Assembly: GCA_041687695.1 (NCBI GenBank)
Contig: JAWLBL010000021.1
Coordinates: 138,982 to 170,531 of the forward strand
Direction: 5' to 3'
Source: Myxococcota bacterium
GTDB lineage: Bacteria; Myxococcota_A; UBA9042; PHBI01; JAWLBL01
DNA: 31,550 nt
Positions within the stretch are counted from its first letter, which is position 1. Each line of letters starts with the position of its first letter. A program made the position numbers and the translations under genes. Shown here in pieces: positions 8,644-18,544 of the stretch. Below the pieces are notes generated by a model. The model had not been told where the DNA came from. It worked only from the letters and a program-made list of their open reading frames with translations, and did no database searches.

Positions 8644-10386
8644 TCAGGCGGCCTCGCGCTCGGGGGCGGTGGCCGGGTCGATGCGGTAGCGCTCGACCGG
8701 GATGACGAAGGCCACGAGCGTCAGCAGGGCGAACAGGACGCACTGGACGATGACGGCGCCCGAGGGCTGGACGTAGCTGGCGTAGCCGAAGGCCGCGACG
8801 ATGGGCACCAGCAGGGCGCGCACGTAGACGAGGCCCTTGGTGTTGAAGGAGTGGTGCGGGTCGCGGTTGGCGGCGCGGACCAGGAAGGTGTAGCCGATGA
8901 TGGCGACCATCGAGGCGACGCCGATGAGCGTGAAGACGAGCCACATGCCGTAGGGCTCGTAGGTGTTCCACAGCAGCTCGCGGGCCGACCAGGCGTCGGT
9001 GCTGGTCAGCTCGTAGAAGCGCTGGAGGAGATCGCTGTTGGAGATCTCGGCGACCGCCTCGGGGTTCATGTTCAGGTGCTGCTCCATGTAGCGGCGGGCG
9101 AGGACGCTCTTGTCGCCGCTCTCCTGGTACAGCGTGCCGGCGACGATGGAGCCGACCGACCAGCCGATGCCGACCGTGAAGTTGGAGTAGCCCATGTACT
9201 GGCCGTCCTTGCCCGGCGGGGCGATCGAGGCCAGGTAGCGCATCTTGGTGGGGCTGGCCATCATCTCGCCCAGCGAGAAGAGGGCGATGGCGCCCAGACA
9301 CCACCAGCCGCTGGCCGACATGCCCAGGGCGTAGATGGCGGCGGCCGAGATGGCGATGCCGACGACGATGGCGGTCAGCGAGCGGATGCGGCCGGTGACG
9401 TAGCCGACCGAGAAGGCGAAGATGCTGATGAGGAGGGCGTTGAAGTTGATCATCCACTCCTGGGTCAGGTTGCCCTCGTTGACCGTCGGGACCGCGCCCG
9501 AGCCGAAGACGGAGGCGAGGGCCGTGGCGGCCGCGCGCGAGTCGACCCAGTCGTCGATGAAGTTCGGGAGGATGTCGAAGAGCTGATAGAACATCAGCCA
9601 GAAGCCGGCGAAGGCGATGGTGAAGAAGAACAGGCGCGGCTCGAGCAGGCCCAGCACCGCGTCGCGCAGCACCTTGCCGGGGCCGTCGGCGGAGCCGTGC
9701 TGGTTGGCCGGCTCCTTGAAGAAGAAGAGCGGGATGAAGTTCAGGGCGATGCCGAAGGCGCACAGCAGGAAGACGTACTCCCAGTCCAGGATGCGCAGGT
9801 AGCCCGCCAGCAGCGGCCCGACGAAGCCGCCGATGTTGACGCACTGGTAGAAGAGGCCCCAGCCCAGCGAGGAGGCTTGCGTGGGCATCTGGTTGGCGAT
9901 GAGGCCCTGCACGCCCGGCTTGAAGACGGCGGTGCCGGCGGCGAGGAACATGGCGCCGGCGAAGAAGACCTCGTAGGTGAGATCGCCCCCGGCGGCGCGC
10001 GCCTCGGCGAGCGACATGCCCGCGAAGGACTCGGCCAGCGGGATGCAGTAGCCCATCAGCAGGTAGCCGATGATCTTCAGCACCGTCGAGATGGCGATGT
10101 TGACCTTGTAGCCGTAGCGGTCCGCGAAGCCGCCCGAGAAGATGGGCACGAAGCTCTGGACCAGCGCCCAGATGGCGAAGACGCTGCCTTTCTGGAGGTG
10201 CGTGAACTCGGGGCCGCCGTCGGCGAAGGTGGCCACCATGAAGACCGGCAGGACGACCCGGACGCCGTAGTAGGCGAAGCGCTCGACCAGCTCCATCCAG
10301 TTGGCGATCCAGTAGATCCCGTTGAACAGCTTGAGCTGCTGCATGAACGAGAGTTCGGACTTCACGGGTGCGGCGGGGCCTGCCAT
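8644..10386 (-). CDS. MFS transporter, POT/PTR-like peptide:H+ symporter
   Basis: ExxERFxYYG motif (ELVERFAYYG), GTAVFKP, FYQCVNIGGFVGP, many TM segments; GGAGG RBS. Confidence 0.88.
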   Translation of the reverse strand: MAGPAAPVKSELSFMQQLKLFNGIYWIANWMELVERFAYYGVRVVLPVFMVATFADGGPEFTHLQKGSVFAIWALVQSFVPIFSGGFADRYGYKVNIAISTVLKIIGYLLMGYCIPLAESFAGMSLAEARAAGGDLTYEVFFAGAMFLAAGTAVFKPGVQGLIANQMPTQASSLGWGLFYQCVNIGGFVGPLLAGYLRILDWEYVFLLCAFGIALNFIPLFFFKEPANQHGSADGPGKVLRDAVLGLLEPRLFFFTIAFAGFWLMFYQLFDILPNFIDDWVDSRAAATALASVFGSGAVPTVNEGNLTQEWMINFNALLISIFAFSVGYVTGRIRSLTAIVVGIAISAAAIYALGMSASGWWCLGAIALFSLGEMMASPTKMRYLASIAPPGKDGQYMGYSNFTVGIGWSVGSIVAGTLYQESGDKSVLARRYMEQHLNMNPEAVAEISNSDLLQRFYELTSTDAWSARELLWNTYEPYGMWLVFTLIGVASMVAIIGYTFLVRAANRDPHHSFNTKGLVYVRALLVPIVAAFGYASYVQPSGAVIVQCVLFALLTLVAFVIPVERYRIDPATAPEREAA

Positions 10387-10527
10387 CGTTCCTCCGGGCG
10401 GGACGGGTCGTGTGGGGCGCGCGCGGCGAAACCGGGTGGCCGAACGCGCGGGCGACCCTACATCAGTGTTTGGCGGGGGTCGATTCCCGCCGAGGGGCCT
10501 GCCGTGACCGGGAAGGGGAGGTGGAGC

Positions 10528-11025
10528 ATGGAGCTGGAAGGGTCGTGCCGCTGCGGGGCGGTGGGGTTCCGGGTGACGTCGTGGACGCCGCAGCCGTACA
10601 TGCGGTGCTATTGCTCGATCTGCAGAAAGCAGCAGGGCGGCGGCGGGTACGCCATCAACATCATGGGGCAGGCGGACACGCTGGAGGTGCGCGGGCGGGA
10701 GCACGTCCGGGTGTACCAGGCGACGCTGGAGGACGAGGAGACGGGCGAGCGGGTGCGGAGCGAGGCGCGGCGGCACTTCTGCGGCGGGTGCGGGGCGGCG
10801 CTGTGGATCGCCGACCCGAGCTGGCCCGAGTGGGTGTACCCGTTCGCGTCGGCGGTCGACACGCCGCTGCCGGAGCCGGTCGAGCGGGTGCACATCATGC
10901 TGGACTTCAAGGCGCCGTGGGTCCGGGTGCCGCCCGAGGGGCCGGGAGAGCGGTGGTTCGCGCGGTATCCCGACGAGGCGATCGTCGACTGGCACAAGCG
11001 GCACGGGGTGTACGAGGGGCCGTGA
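10528..11025 (+). CDS. GFA/CENP-V family zinc protein
   Basis: GSCRCGAV, CYCSICRK, RHFCGGCG and HIMLDFKAPW motifs. Confidence 0.9.
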   Translation: MELEGSCRCGAVGFRVTSWTPQPYMRCYCSICRKQQGGGGYAINIMGQADTLEVRGREHVRVYQATLEDEETGERVRSEARRHFCGGCGAALWIADPSWPEWVYPFASAVDTPLPEPVERVHIMLDFKAPWVRVPPEGPGERWFARYPDEAIVDWHKRHGVYEGP

Positions 11026-11045
11026 GCGAAAAAGTGGCGGGGTGC

Positions 11046-11072
11046 TGTAATGGCTCGGAGGGCGGCGCGTAG
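11046..11072 (+). promoter_or_regulatory. Putative ECF sigma promoter
   Basis: TGTAAT-N16-CGTAG, typical ECF -35/-10 geometry, upstream of the metallothionein-like gene and the sigma gene. Confidence 0.6.
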
Positions 11073-11138
11073 GCAGGGGTGAGAGCGGGGCACGGCGCCT
11101 CGCCGCAGACGAAGCGAAGCCAAGCGAAGGAGCGCGAG

Positions 11139-11459
11139 ATGAACACCCAGACCTGCCAGTGCACGATGAAGACCCAGAGCGTCGACCAGAGCGTGACCGT
11201 GAGCTGCGTGTGCGAGGAGTGCACGTGCGTGGGCTGCGAGTGCGGCAGCGGCGAGTGCGCGGCGGCGGCGCCGAGCGGCGGCTGCGAGTGCGTCAGCTGC
11301 GAGTGCGTGGGCGGCGAGTGCGCGGCCCCGGCGGCGGGCGCGGCCTGCAAGTGCGACCCGTGCGAGTGCGTCGGCTGCGAGTGCGCGGCGCCGGCGGACG
11401 GGCAGCCGACGGCGAGCTGCAAGTGCGAGCGCTGCGAGTGCGGGCCCTGCAGCTGCTGA
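11139..11459 (+). CDS. Metallothionein-like Cys-rich protein (106 aa, 26 Cys)
   Basis: AAGGAG RBS; 12 CxC motifs plus two lone Cys; no aromatic residues, no His, no signal peptide. Confidence 0.8.
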   Translation: MNTQTCQCTMKTQSVDQSVTVSCVCEECTCVGCECGSGECAAAAPSGGCECVSCECVGGECAAPAAGAACKCDPCECVGCECAAPADGQPTASCKCERCECGPCSC

Positions 11460-11526
11460 ACGGACGAGCGCGGCCGTGGCGGGTCCCGGCGGGGGCCCGC
11501 CTGGCGGCGCGGCGTGGAGAGACGCG

Positions 11527-12102
11527 ATGCACGTGAGCGAGCACGAGGCGAAGGCGAGCGGCGCGGGGAAGACCGCGGTGGAGCGGCTGGTGGCGAGCCA
11601 CCGCGAGTTCCTGCGGTTTCTGGAGCGGCGCGTGGGCAGCCGCGAGGAGGCCGAGGAGATCCTGCAGGCCGCGTTCGTGAAGACCTTCGAGAGGGCGGAC
11701 ACGCTGCGCGAGGACGACAACGTCGTCGCGTGGTTCTATCGGCTGCTGCGCAACGCGCTGATCGACCGCGCGCGCCGGGCCGGGGCCGAGAGCCGGGCGC
11801 TGGCGAAGGTGGCCGGGCGAGGGGGCGAGGAGGCCGAGGCCTTCGACGAGGAGCTGCACCAGGTCGTGTGCCACTGCGTCATGGAGCTGGTCGACAACCT
11901 GGACCCCAAGTACGCCGACATCCTGAAGGAGGTCGACGTGGGCGAGCGGGCCATCGGCGAGGTCGCCGACGCCGAGGGCATCACGGCCAACAATGCGCGG
12001 GTGCGGCTGCACCGGGCGCGGCAGGCGCTGAAGAAGCAGCTCGAGGCCTGCTGCGGCACCTGCGCCGACCACGGCTGCGCCGAGTGCAGCTGCGGCGGCT
12101 GA
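11527..12102 (+). CDS. CorE-like metal-responsive ECF sigma factor
   Basis: Sigma2 (EAEEILQAAF, AWFYRLLRNALID), CxC (CHC) in the linker, sigma4 (NNARVRLHRARQAL), C-terminal CCGTCADHGCAECSC. Confidence 0.88.
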   Translation: MHVSEHEAKASGAGKTAVERLVASHREFLRFLERRVGSREEAEEILQAAFVKTFERADTLREDDNVVAWFYRLLRNALIDRARRAGAESRALAKVAGRGGEEAEAFDEELHQVVCHCVMELVDNLDPKYADILKEVDVGERAIGEVADAEGITANNARVRLHRARQALKKQLEACCGTCADHGCAECSCGG

Positions 12103-12110
12103 TGGCCCGC

Positions 12111-12375
12111 AGCGGCGCCGCGAGCGGCGCCAACCAAGAGCCCGCGCGAGCGCGGGCACTCCAGGTGCAGGCGCGGGCGTCGCGGCGGGTCCCGAACCTC
12201 TACCCACCCGGCGCCGCCAGCGGCGCCAACCAAGAGCCCGCGCGAGCGCGGGCGCTCCATGTGCAGGCGCGGGCATCGGCATCCGGTCCCGCATCTCCAA
12301 GCAAGCGGCGCCGCGAGCGGCGCCAACCAAGAGCCCGCGCGAGCGCGGGCACTCCAGGAGCAAGCGCGGGCGTCG
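12111..12375. repeat. Three tandem double-hairpin REP-like units (period 96-97 bp)
   Basis: GGCGCCGC-GA-GCGGCGCC AACCAAGA GCCCGCGC-GA-GCGCGGGC ACTCC; the CAACCAAGAG core starts at 12131, 12227 and 12324. Confidence 0.9.
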
Positions 12376-12451
12376 ACGGCGAGCTCGTGCAGTCCGGTGA
12401 CGACGGCCGGGGTGCAAGGGCTGGCGGGTCGTGTAGCGACCCTGGCTTCGA

Positions 12452-13273
12452 TCAGGGGTCGAGCTGGATGAACTTCAGCTGGCCCGCGAGCACGTCGAGG
12501 TCGGCCGCGGCGACGTCGAACTGATCGACCTGCGCGCTGTAGGCCAGGATCGTCAGGACCGGGACCTCGGGCACGGCGGAGCCGCGGCGGCTACGCTGCC
12601 GCGCGCTCTGCGTCACGACGGCGTGCCGGAAGGGGGGGCGCAGCATGATGACGCGGGCGCGCTCGATCGGACGCTGCTCGTCGAGCTTGCTCTGATCGAG
12701 GTTGTAGATCTCGATGAGCCCCTCGAGCGCGGGGAAGCCGGACACCGTGCGCGGGGTGGTCGAGACGAGCTTGGCCGCGTAGCGGCGGTTCTCGACGACG
12801 ACGACGGTCTTGTGATGGTTCGGGCCGCCGACCTGCACCTGGAACTGGCCCGTGCCCCCGACCCCGTCGACCAGGTCGCGCATCAGGACGGACAGGTCGG
12901 TCTGGCCGTGGTCGGCCGAGATGGGCTGGTTGCTGAGCCACAAGTGGGCGGCCGTCTTGCGGTGCTTGAGACGCAGGTCGTAGCTGGGGAACGTCCCGAT
13001 GTTGTCGGGCTCGCCGTCTCCGTCGTAATCGAAGGCGATGGCGGTCTCGTAGCGCGGGCCGGACTTGAGCTTAATCGGCTCGCCGGAGCCGTCCGTCTGG
13101 AAGTTCTCGATCCGCCAGTCACCCGAGACGAAGACCCGCTGGGCGCGCTGCGAGTACTTCAGCACGTAGCCGTACTCGGAGTGACGGAGGCCGTCGGCCT
13201 TGAAGTGGGGCCCCGACGAGGCGCAACCGGCGAGGAGCGACAGACCCAAGGCGAAGACGAACGTACGAAACAC
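12452..13273 (-). CDS. Hypothetical lipoprotein
   Basis: GTG start (GGAG upstream); (M)FRTFVFALGLSLLAG-C lipobox; DYDGDGEPD Ca-binding-like loop. Confidence 0.75.
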   Translation of the reverse strand: MFRTFVFALGLSLLAGCASSGPHFKADGLRHSEYGYVLKYSQRAQRVFVSGDWRIENFQTDGSGEPIKLKSGPRYETAIAFDYDGDGEPDNIGTFPSYDLRLKHRKTAAHLWLSNQPISADHGQTDLSVLMRDLVDGVGGTGQFQVQVGGPNHHKTVVVVENRRYAAKLVSTTPRTVSGFPALEGLIEIYNLDQSKLDEQRPIERARVIMLRPPFRHAVVTQSARQRSRRGSAVPEVPVLTILAYSAQVDQFDVAAADLDVLAGQLKFIQLDP

Positions 13274-13351
13274 GGGCAACTCCGGACGAAGGAGGCCCGG
13301 AACTTCGCGCGAAGGCGCCGCGAAGGTCAAGTCGTTCGCGGCCGCGGCGGG

Positions 13352-13938
13352 TCAGGGCAGCTTGTCGGAGAGGTTGCGCAGGCGGGAGATGAAGGACTGC
13401 AGATCCTGCAGGGTCCGGCGGAGGGAGGGGTCGCCGGGCTCGCGGCCGTCCATGAAGTCGGCGAGGCGCTTGGACAGGACGGCGATGTCGTCGGCGATGC
13501 GGTCCAGATCCATGGGCGGGGTGCCGTCGACGTAGTCGTTCTGCACCAGCGAGCGGCCGTCGCCGCCGGGGGTGATGGCCAGGGTCATCTCGCCGAGCAG
13601 CGACGAGCGGGCGACGGCGTAGTTGGACTTGTCGGTCAACATGGGGCCGAAGTGGGCGCCGTCGAAGAGGGTGACGTCGGCGACGGCGCGCCAGCCGATG
13701 TCGTCCAGGTTCTGAATGGAGACGTTGGTGACCTCGCCCGCCTCGACGCCGCTGACGTGGACGGGGCTGCCGGGGCGCAGGCCGTGGGCCTCGTCGAGCA
13801 GGACCTTGATGGACAGCGGCTCGTTGCCGAAGGTGATGCCCTTTCGCGGCACGTAATAGATCGAGAACATCAGGGCGGCCGTGAGGATGGCGCCCACGGT
13901 GAGGCCGGTCCAGAAGGACGCGCGGGAGCTGGTCGGGG

Positions 13939-13942
<4 letters not shown>
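13352..13942 (-). CDS. mlaD: MCE/MlaD family protein
   Basis: N-terminal TM; AHGLRPGSPVHVSGVEAGEVTNV; SSLLGEMTLAITPG; helical tail; ATGA overlap with the ATPase stop. Confidence 0.9.
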
Positions 13943-14730
<788 letters not shown>

Positions 14731-14735
14731 GCCGG

Positions 14736-15497
14736 TCACCCGAGCAGCGCCACGATGAAGGTCGTGAAGACGTGGTCGGCGACCAGGATGAGGAAGCTGG
14801 CGATGACGACCGCGCTCATGGTGTGGCGGCCGAGGTCCGCAGCGTCGCGCTTGTCCTGCAGGCCCCACTTGCAGCCGAAGGCGGCGATGATGAGGCCGAA
14901 GCCGCCCGCCTTGAGCAGGCCGCAGGCGAAGTCGACCGGGGCCAGGGCGCCCACGGCGCGGTTCAGGTAGTGCACGGGCGACAGGCCGAGGCGCGCCGAG
15001 CCGAGGATCATGCCGCCCAGCAGGCCCAGCATGATGGCGGCCACGGTCAGCAGGACCGTGCCCCAGACGCAGGCGAGGACCCGCGGGGCGACCAGCTCGC
15101 GGTCGATGTCGATGGACAGCGAGCGCATGGCCTGGGCCTGGCCGCTGAGGGTGACCATCCCCAGCTCGCTGGCCAGGCCGGCGCCGGCCTTGCCGGCCAT
15201 CAGCAGGGCGGTGAAGACGGGGGCCAGCTCTCGGACCAGCGAGACCGAGACGATGTCGGCCACGAGGTGAGCCGAGCCGAGGCGGGCGAGCTGCAGCGAG
15301 GTCTGCAGGGCGATGACCATTCCGGCGAACAGAGCGGCGATGCCGACCAGCGGCAGGGCCGACAGGGCGACCGTGCCGAGCTGCTGCGTGACGTCCGAGG
15401 GGCGCAGGCGCGGCAGGGCGCGCGCGGTCCGGCCCAGGACGAGCAGGTAACACAGGCTCTCGTGGCCGAAGCTCGCGATGGCGCGGGCCGGGTTCAG
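14736..15497 (-). CDS. mlaE: MlaE/YrbE ABC permease (probable CTG start)
   Basis: VRELAPVFTALLMAGKAGAGLASELG, LVAPRVLA, DLGRHTMSAVV; the frame stays open upstream of ATG 15320 to CTG 15497, giving 253 aa. Confidence 0.88.
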   Translation of the reverse strand: MNPARAIASFGHESLCYLLVLGRTARALPRLRPSDVTQQLGTVALSALPLVGIAALFAGMVIALQTSLQLARLGSAHLVADIVSVSLVRELAPVFTALLMAGKAGAGLASELGMVTLSGQAQAMRSLSIDIDRELVAPRVLACVWGTVLLTVAAIMLGLLGGMILGSARLGLSPVHYLNRAVGALAPVDFACGLLKAGGFGLIIAAFGCKWGLQDKRDAADLGRHTMSAVVIASFLILVADHVFTTFIVALLG

Positions 15498-15531
15498 TCG
15501 TCACCTCGAGGCGGGGCGGCGGGCGCCGCGG

Positions 15532-16113
15532 TCATGGGGAGAGCCCCTCGACCCGCAACAGCACGGTGCCGTGCTGGCCTTCCCGGAAGCTCAGCTCGAG
15601 GTCTTCGGTGGCGCCGGGGGCGACCGAGGGGAGCTGGACGGTGACGACGCCGATGGTCTCGTCGCTGAGGGCGTCCGAGTCCATCAGGGTGGCCATCAGG
15701 GCGCCGCTTTCGTGCACGTCGAAGACGAAGCTGTCGTTCCAGGTGGGCGCGGGGCCGTCGGCGATGGAGGTCTTCTGGCGCTGGGAGTCGTACTCGAGCA
15801 CGACGTAGGCGTCGGTGGTGCCCGGGCCGGCGTCCATGTCGGGGATGTCTTTACCGCTGACGACGGTCAGGCGGACGCGGCGGGCGGGGGCCGGGGCGGG
15901 CGGGGGCGCGGCGGGGGCGGCTGCGGCCGGGGCGTCGCCGGTGGTGGCCGAGGGGGCGGGGGCGGCCTGCGAGGCGCCGCGGTAGCGGGCCAGGGCCTCG
16001 GGGTCGGGGGCGGCCTCGGGGGCGCAGGCGGCCAGGGCGGCGCCGGCGAGCAGGGCCGCCAGCCGGGCGGCCTTGGTGGGGTTCTTGGCGGGCGTGACTA
16101 CGTGGTTCCGCAT
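15532..16113 (-). CDS. Lipoprotein with eukaryote-type C2 domain
   Basis: LAAC lipobox, Ala/Pro linker, then LTVVSGKDIPDMD..GTTDAYV...QKTSI...PTWNDSFVFDV...LMDSDALSDETIG. Confidence 0.85.
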   Translation of the reverse strand: MRNHVVTPAKNPTKAARLAALLAGAALAACAPEAAPDPEALARYRGASQAAPAPSATTGDAPAAAAPAAPPPAPAPARRVRLTVVSGKDIPDMDAGPGTTDAYVVLEYDSQRQKTSIADGPAPTWNDSFVFDVHESGALMATLMDSDALSDETIGVVTVQLPSVAPGATEDLELSFREGQHGTVLLRVEGLSP

Positions 16114-16140
16114 GGCGACCCTTTATGCCACAGTGCGCCC

Positions 16141-17514
16141 ATGAGCGACACCTCGGGCGGCCCCGCGGTCGGGCCGCATGTCTCGGGCGTGAAAGACGAT
16201 CTCGGCGGGGCGGCCCTTCCCGCGCTGCGCACCTCGCTGCCGGGGCCCGAGAGCGTGGCCCTGGTCGACGTGCTGGCGCGCCACGAGTCGCCGGGCGTGA
16301 CGGCGCGGCGGGCGCGGGCGGGCGAGGCGCGCGGCGTCGGCAAGGACCCCATCGTGTGGGCGCGGGCCGAGGGGGCGAACGTCTGGGACGCCGACGGCAA
16401 CCGGTACGTCGACCTGACGGGCGCCTTCGGGGTGGCGCTGGTCGGGCACGCGCACCCGGCGGTGGTCGGGGCGGTGCAGCAGCAGGCCGCGACGCTGATG
16501 CACGGCATGGGCGACGTGTTCCCGAACGCGCCGCGCATCCGGCTGATGGAGCGGCTGGCCGGGCTGGCGCCCGAGGGGCTGACGCGCTGCATCCTGGCGT
16601 CGAGCGGGGCCGAGGCGGTCGAGGCGGCGCTGAAGACGGCGGCCATGGCCAGCGGCAAGCCGGGCGTGCTGGCGTTCTGGGGCAGCTACCACGGGCTGTC
16701 GTACGGGGCGCTGGCGGCGACGGCCTACAAGGCCGACTTCCGGATGCCCTTCCGCGGGCAGCTGGGGCCGCACGTGACCCACCTGCCCTACGGCGAGGAC
16801 CTGAGCCTGGTCGAGCGCCTGCTGGCGGGGCCGGCGACCGGCGGCGAGCACCTGGGCGCCATCCTGGTCGAGCCCATCCTGGGGCGCGGCGGGCAGGTCG
16901 TGCCGCCCGACGACTGGCTGCGCGGGCTGCGGCGGCTGGCCGACCGGCACGGGCTGGTGCTGGTGTTCGACGAGATCTACAGCGGCCTGGGCCGCACCGG
17001 GCGCTGGTGGGCGGGCGAGCACGCCGGGGTGACGCCCGACGTGGTGGTCGTCGGCAAGGCGCTGGGCGGCGGCATGCCGGTCAGCGCGTGCGTCGCCTCC
17101 GAGCGGGTGATGGCCGCCTGGGGCCACTCGACCGGCGAGGCCATCCACACCTCGACCTTCCTGGGGCACCCGGTCGCGGCGGCGGCGGCGCTGGCGACGC
17201 TGGACACGCTGGTGGCCATGGACGCGCCGGCCCTGGCGCGCGCCTTCGAGGCGCGGGTGCGGGCGCGCTTCGGGGCGCGGGTGCGCGGGCGCGGGGCCAT
17301 GCTGGGGCTCGCCCTGTCGTCGCCCGGCGCCGCGGCGCGGGCGGCCGGGGCGCTGTTGAGAGAGGGCTTCATCGTGCTCCCTGGCGGGGTGGCGGGCGAC
17401 GTCATCGGTCTGACGCCCCCGCTGGTCTTGACCGAGGCGCAACAGGACGCAGCCTTCGACGCGCTGGACCGGGCGATCGCCGACGAGGAGCGCCATGCCG
17501 ACACGACGCGCTGA
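16141..17514 (+). CDS. Class III PLP-dependent aminotransferase
   Basis: VWDADGNRYVD, SGAEAVEAALK, SYHG, LVEPILG, FDEIYSGLGRTG, GKALGGG. Confidence 0.93.
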   Translation: MSDTSGGPAVGPHVSGVKDDLGGAALPALRTSLPGPESVALVDVLARHESPGVTARRARAGEARGVGKDPIVWARAEGANVWDADGNRYVDLTGAFGVALVGHAHPAVVGAVQQQAATLMHGMGDVFPNAPRIRLMERLAGLAPEGLTRCILASSGAEAVEAALKTAAMASGKPGVLAFWGSYHGLSYGALAATAYKADFRMPFRGQLGPHVTHLPYGEDLSLVERLLAGPATGGEHLGAILVEPILGRGGQVVPPDDWLRGLRRLADRHGLVLVFDEIYSGLGRTGRWWAGEHAGVTPDVVVVGKALGGGMPVSACVASERVMAAWGHSTGEAIHTSTFLGHPVAAAAALATLDTLVAMDAPALARAFEARVRARFGARVRGRGAMLGLALSSPGAAARAAGALLREGFIVLPGGVAGDVIGLTPPLVLTEAQQDAAFDALDRAIADEERHADTTR

Positions 17515-18544
17515 GCTGCTGGCCGATCTGCTGGCCTTCGTCGCCGCGCCCGCCCCCGCCGCCTTCGACGCGCTGGCCCTGCGGGTCGCCCGCTGGCAGG
17601 CCTACGCCATCGCCCCCTACGGCAAGCTGGTGACCGCCCGCGGCGGGCGCATCGCCCACTGGCGCGACGCCCCGCTGGTGCCGACCGACGTCTTCCGCGA
17701 CCTGGACCTGTGCGACGCCGCGCCCGGGGCCGACCTCGACGCCGAGTTCCACACCAGCGGGACCACCCAGGGCCGCCCGGGCGTCCGGCGCGTCCCGGAC
17801 CTGAGCCTGTACGACGCCGCGATGACGGCGCCCTTCGTGCAGCACGTGCTGGGCGGCGACGCGCAGCCGCGCCCCTGGGTCAGCCTCATCGCGCGCTTGC
17901 GCGACGCGCCGCACAGCTCGCTGTCCTACATGGTCGACCGGCTGGCCCAGACGCTGGCCCACCCCGACACTACCCGCTGGCACATGGACGCCGCGGGCCT
18001 GCACGCCGGCGCCGCCGCCGCCCACCTGACCAGCCTCGCCGCCCAGCAGCGCGCGGTGGTGGTCCTGGCGACCTCCTTCGCCCTGGTGCAGCTCTTCGAC
18101 CACGAGCCGAACCTGGCCGTCCGCCTGCCGCCCGGCTCGCGCGTGATGCTGACCGGCGGCTTCAAGGGCCGCACGCGAGAGGTCACCGAGGCCGAGCTGC
18201 AGGCGCTGGTCCAGGCGCGCTTGGGGGTCCCGCCCGAGGCCGTCGTCCCCGAGTACGGCATGACCGAGCTGTCCAGCCAGGCCTACGGCCGCCCGCTGGT
18301 CGCGCCGCCCTGGCTGAAGCTGCGGGTCGTCGACCCGGTGACGCTGCTGGACCTGCCGCCCGGCGAGGAGGGCCTGGTCGGCTGCTTCGATCTGCTGAAC
18401 CTGGACAACGTCTCGGCCCTGCTGACCAGCGACCTCGGCGTGCTGGACGACGACGACCGCCTGACCCTGCGCGGCCGCGCCCCCGGGGCCCTCCTGCGCG
18501 GCTGCAGCCTGACGGCCGAAGAGCTGGGCGTGGTGCCGTCGTGA
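17495..18544 (+). CDS. luxE: LuxE-like acyl-protein synthetase
   Basis: FHTSGTT, LTGGFKGR, EYGMTELSSQ, LLTSDLG, C-terminal LRGR....LRGCS with the acylated-type Cys. Confidence 0.85.
   Translation: MPTRRAELLADLLAFVAAPAPAAFDALALRVARWQAYAIAPYGKLVTARGGRIAHWRDAPLVPTDVFRDLDLCDAAPGADLDAEFHTSGTTQGRPGVRRVPDLSLYDAAMTAPFVQHVLGGDAQPRPWVSLIARLRDAPHSSLSYMVDRLAQTLAHPDTTRWHMDAAGLHAGAAAAHLTSLAAQQRAVVVLATSFALVQLFDHEPNLAVRLPPGSRVMLTGGFKGRTREVTEAELQALVQARLGVPPEAVVPEYGMTELSSQAYGRPLVAPPWLKLRVVDPVTLLDLPPGEEGLVGCFDLLNLDNVSALLTSDLGVLDDDDRLTLRGRAPGALLRGCSLTAEELGVVPS

Noticed and set aside
8644..11025. ORF-track 786-aa and 724-aa long ORFs
   Set aside because: Over-extensions through the antisense strand of the neighbouring gene; real starts are 10386 and 10528, each with an RBS.
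12111..12375. Possible CRISPR mini-array
   Set aside because: Repeats of about 70 bp are too long, the linkers resemble each other, and there are no cas genes.
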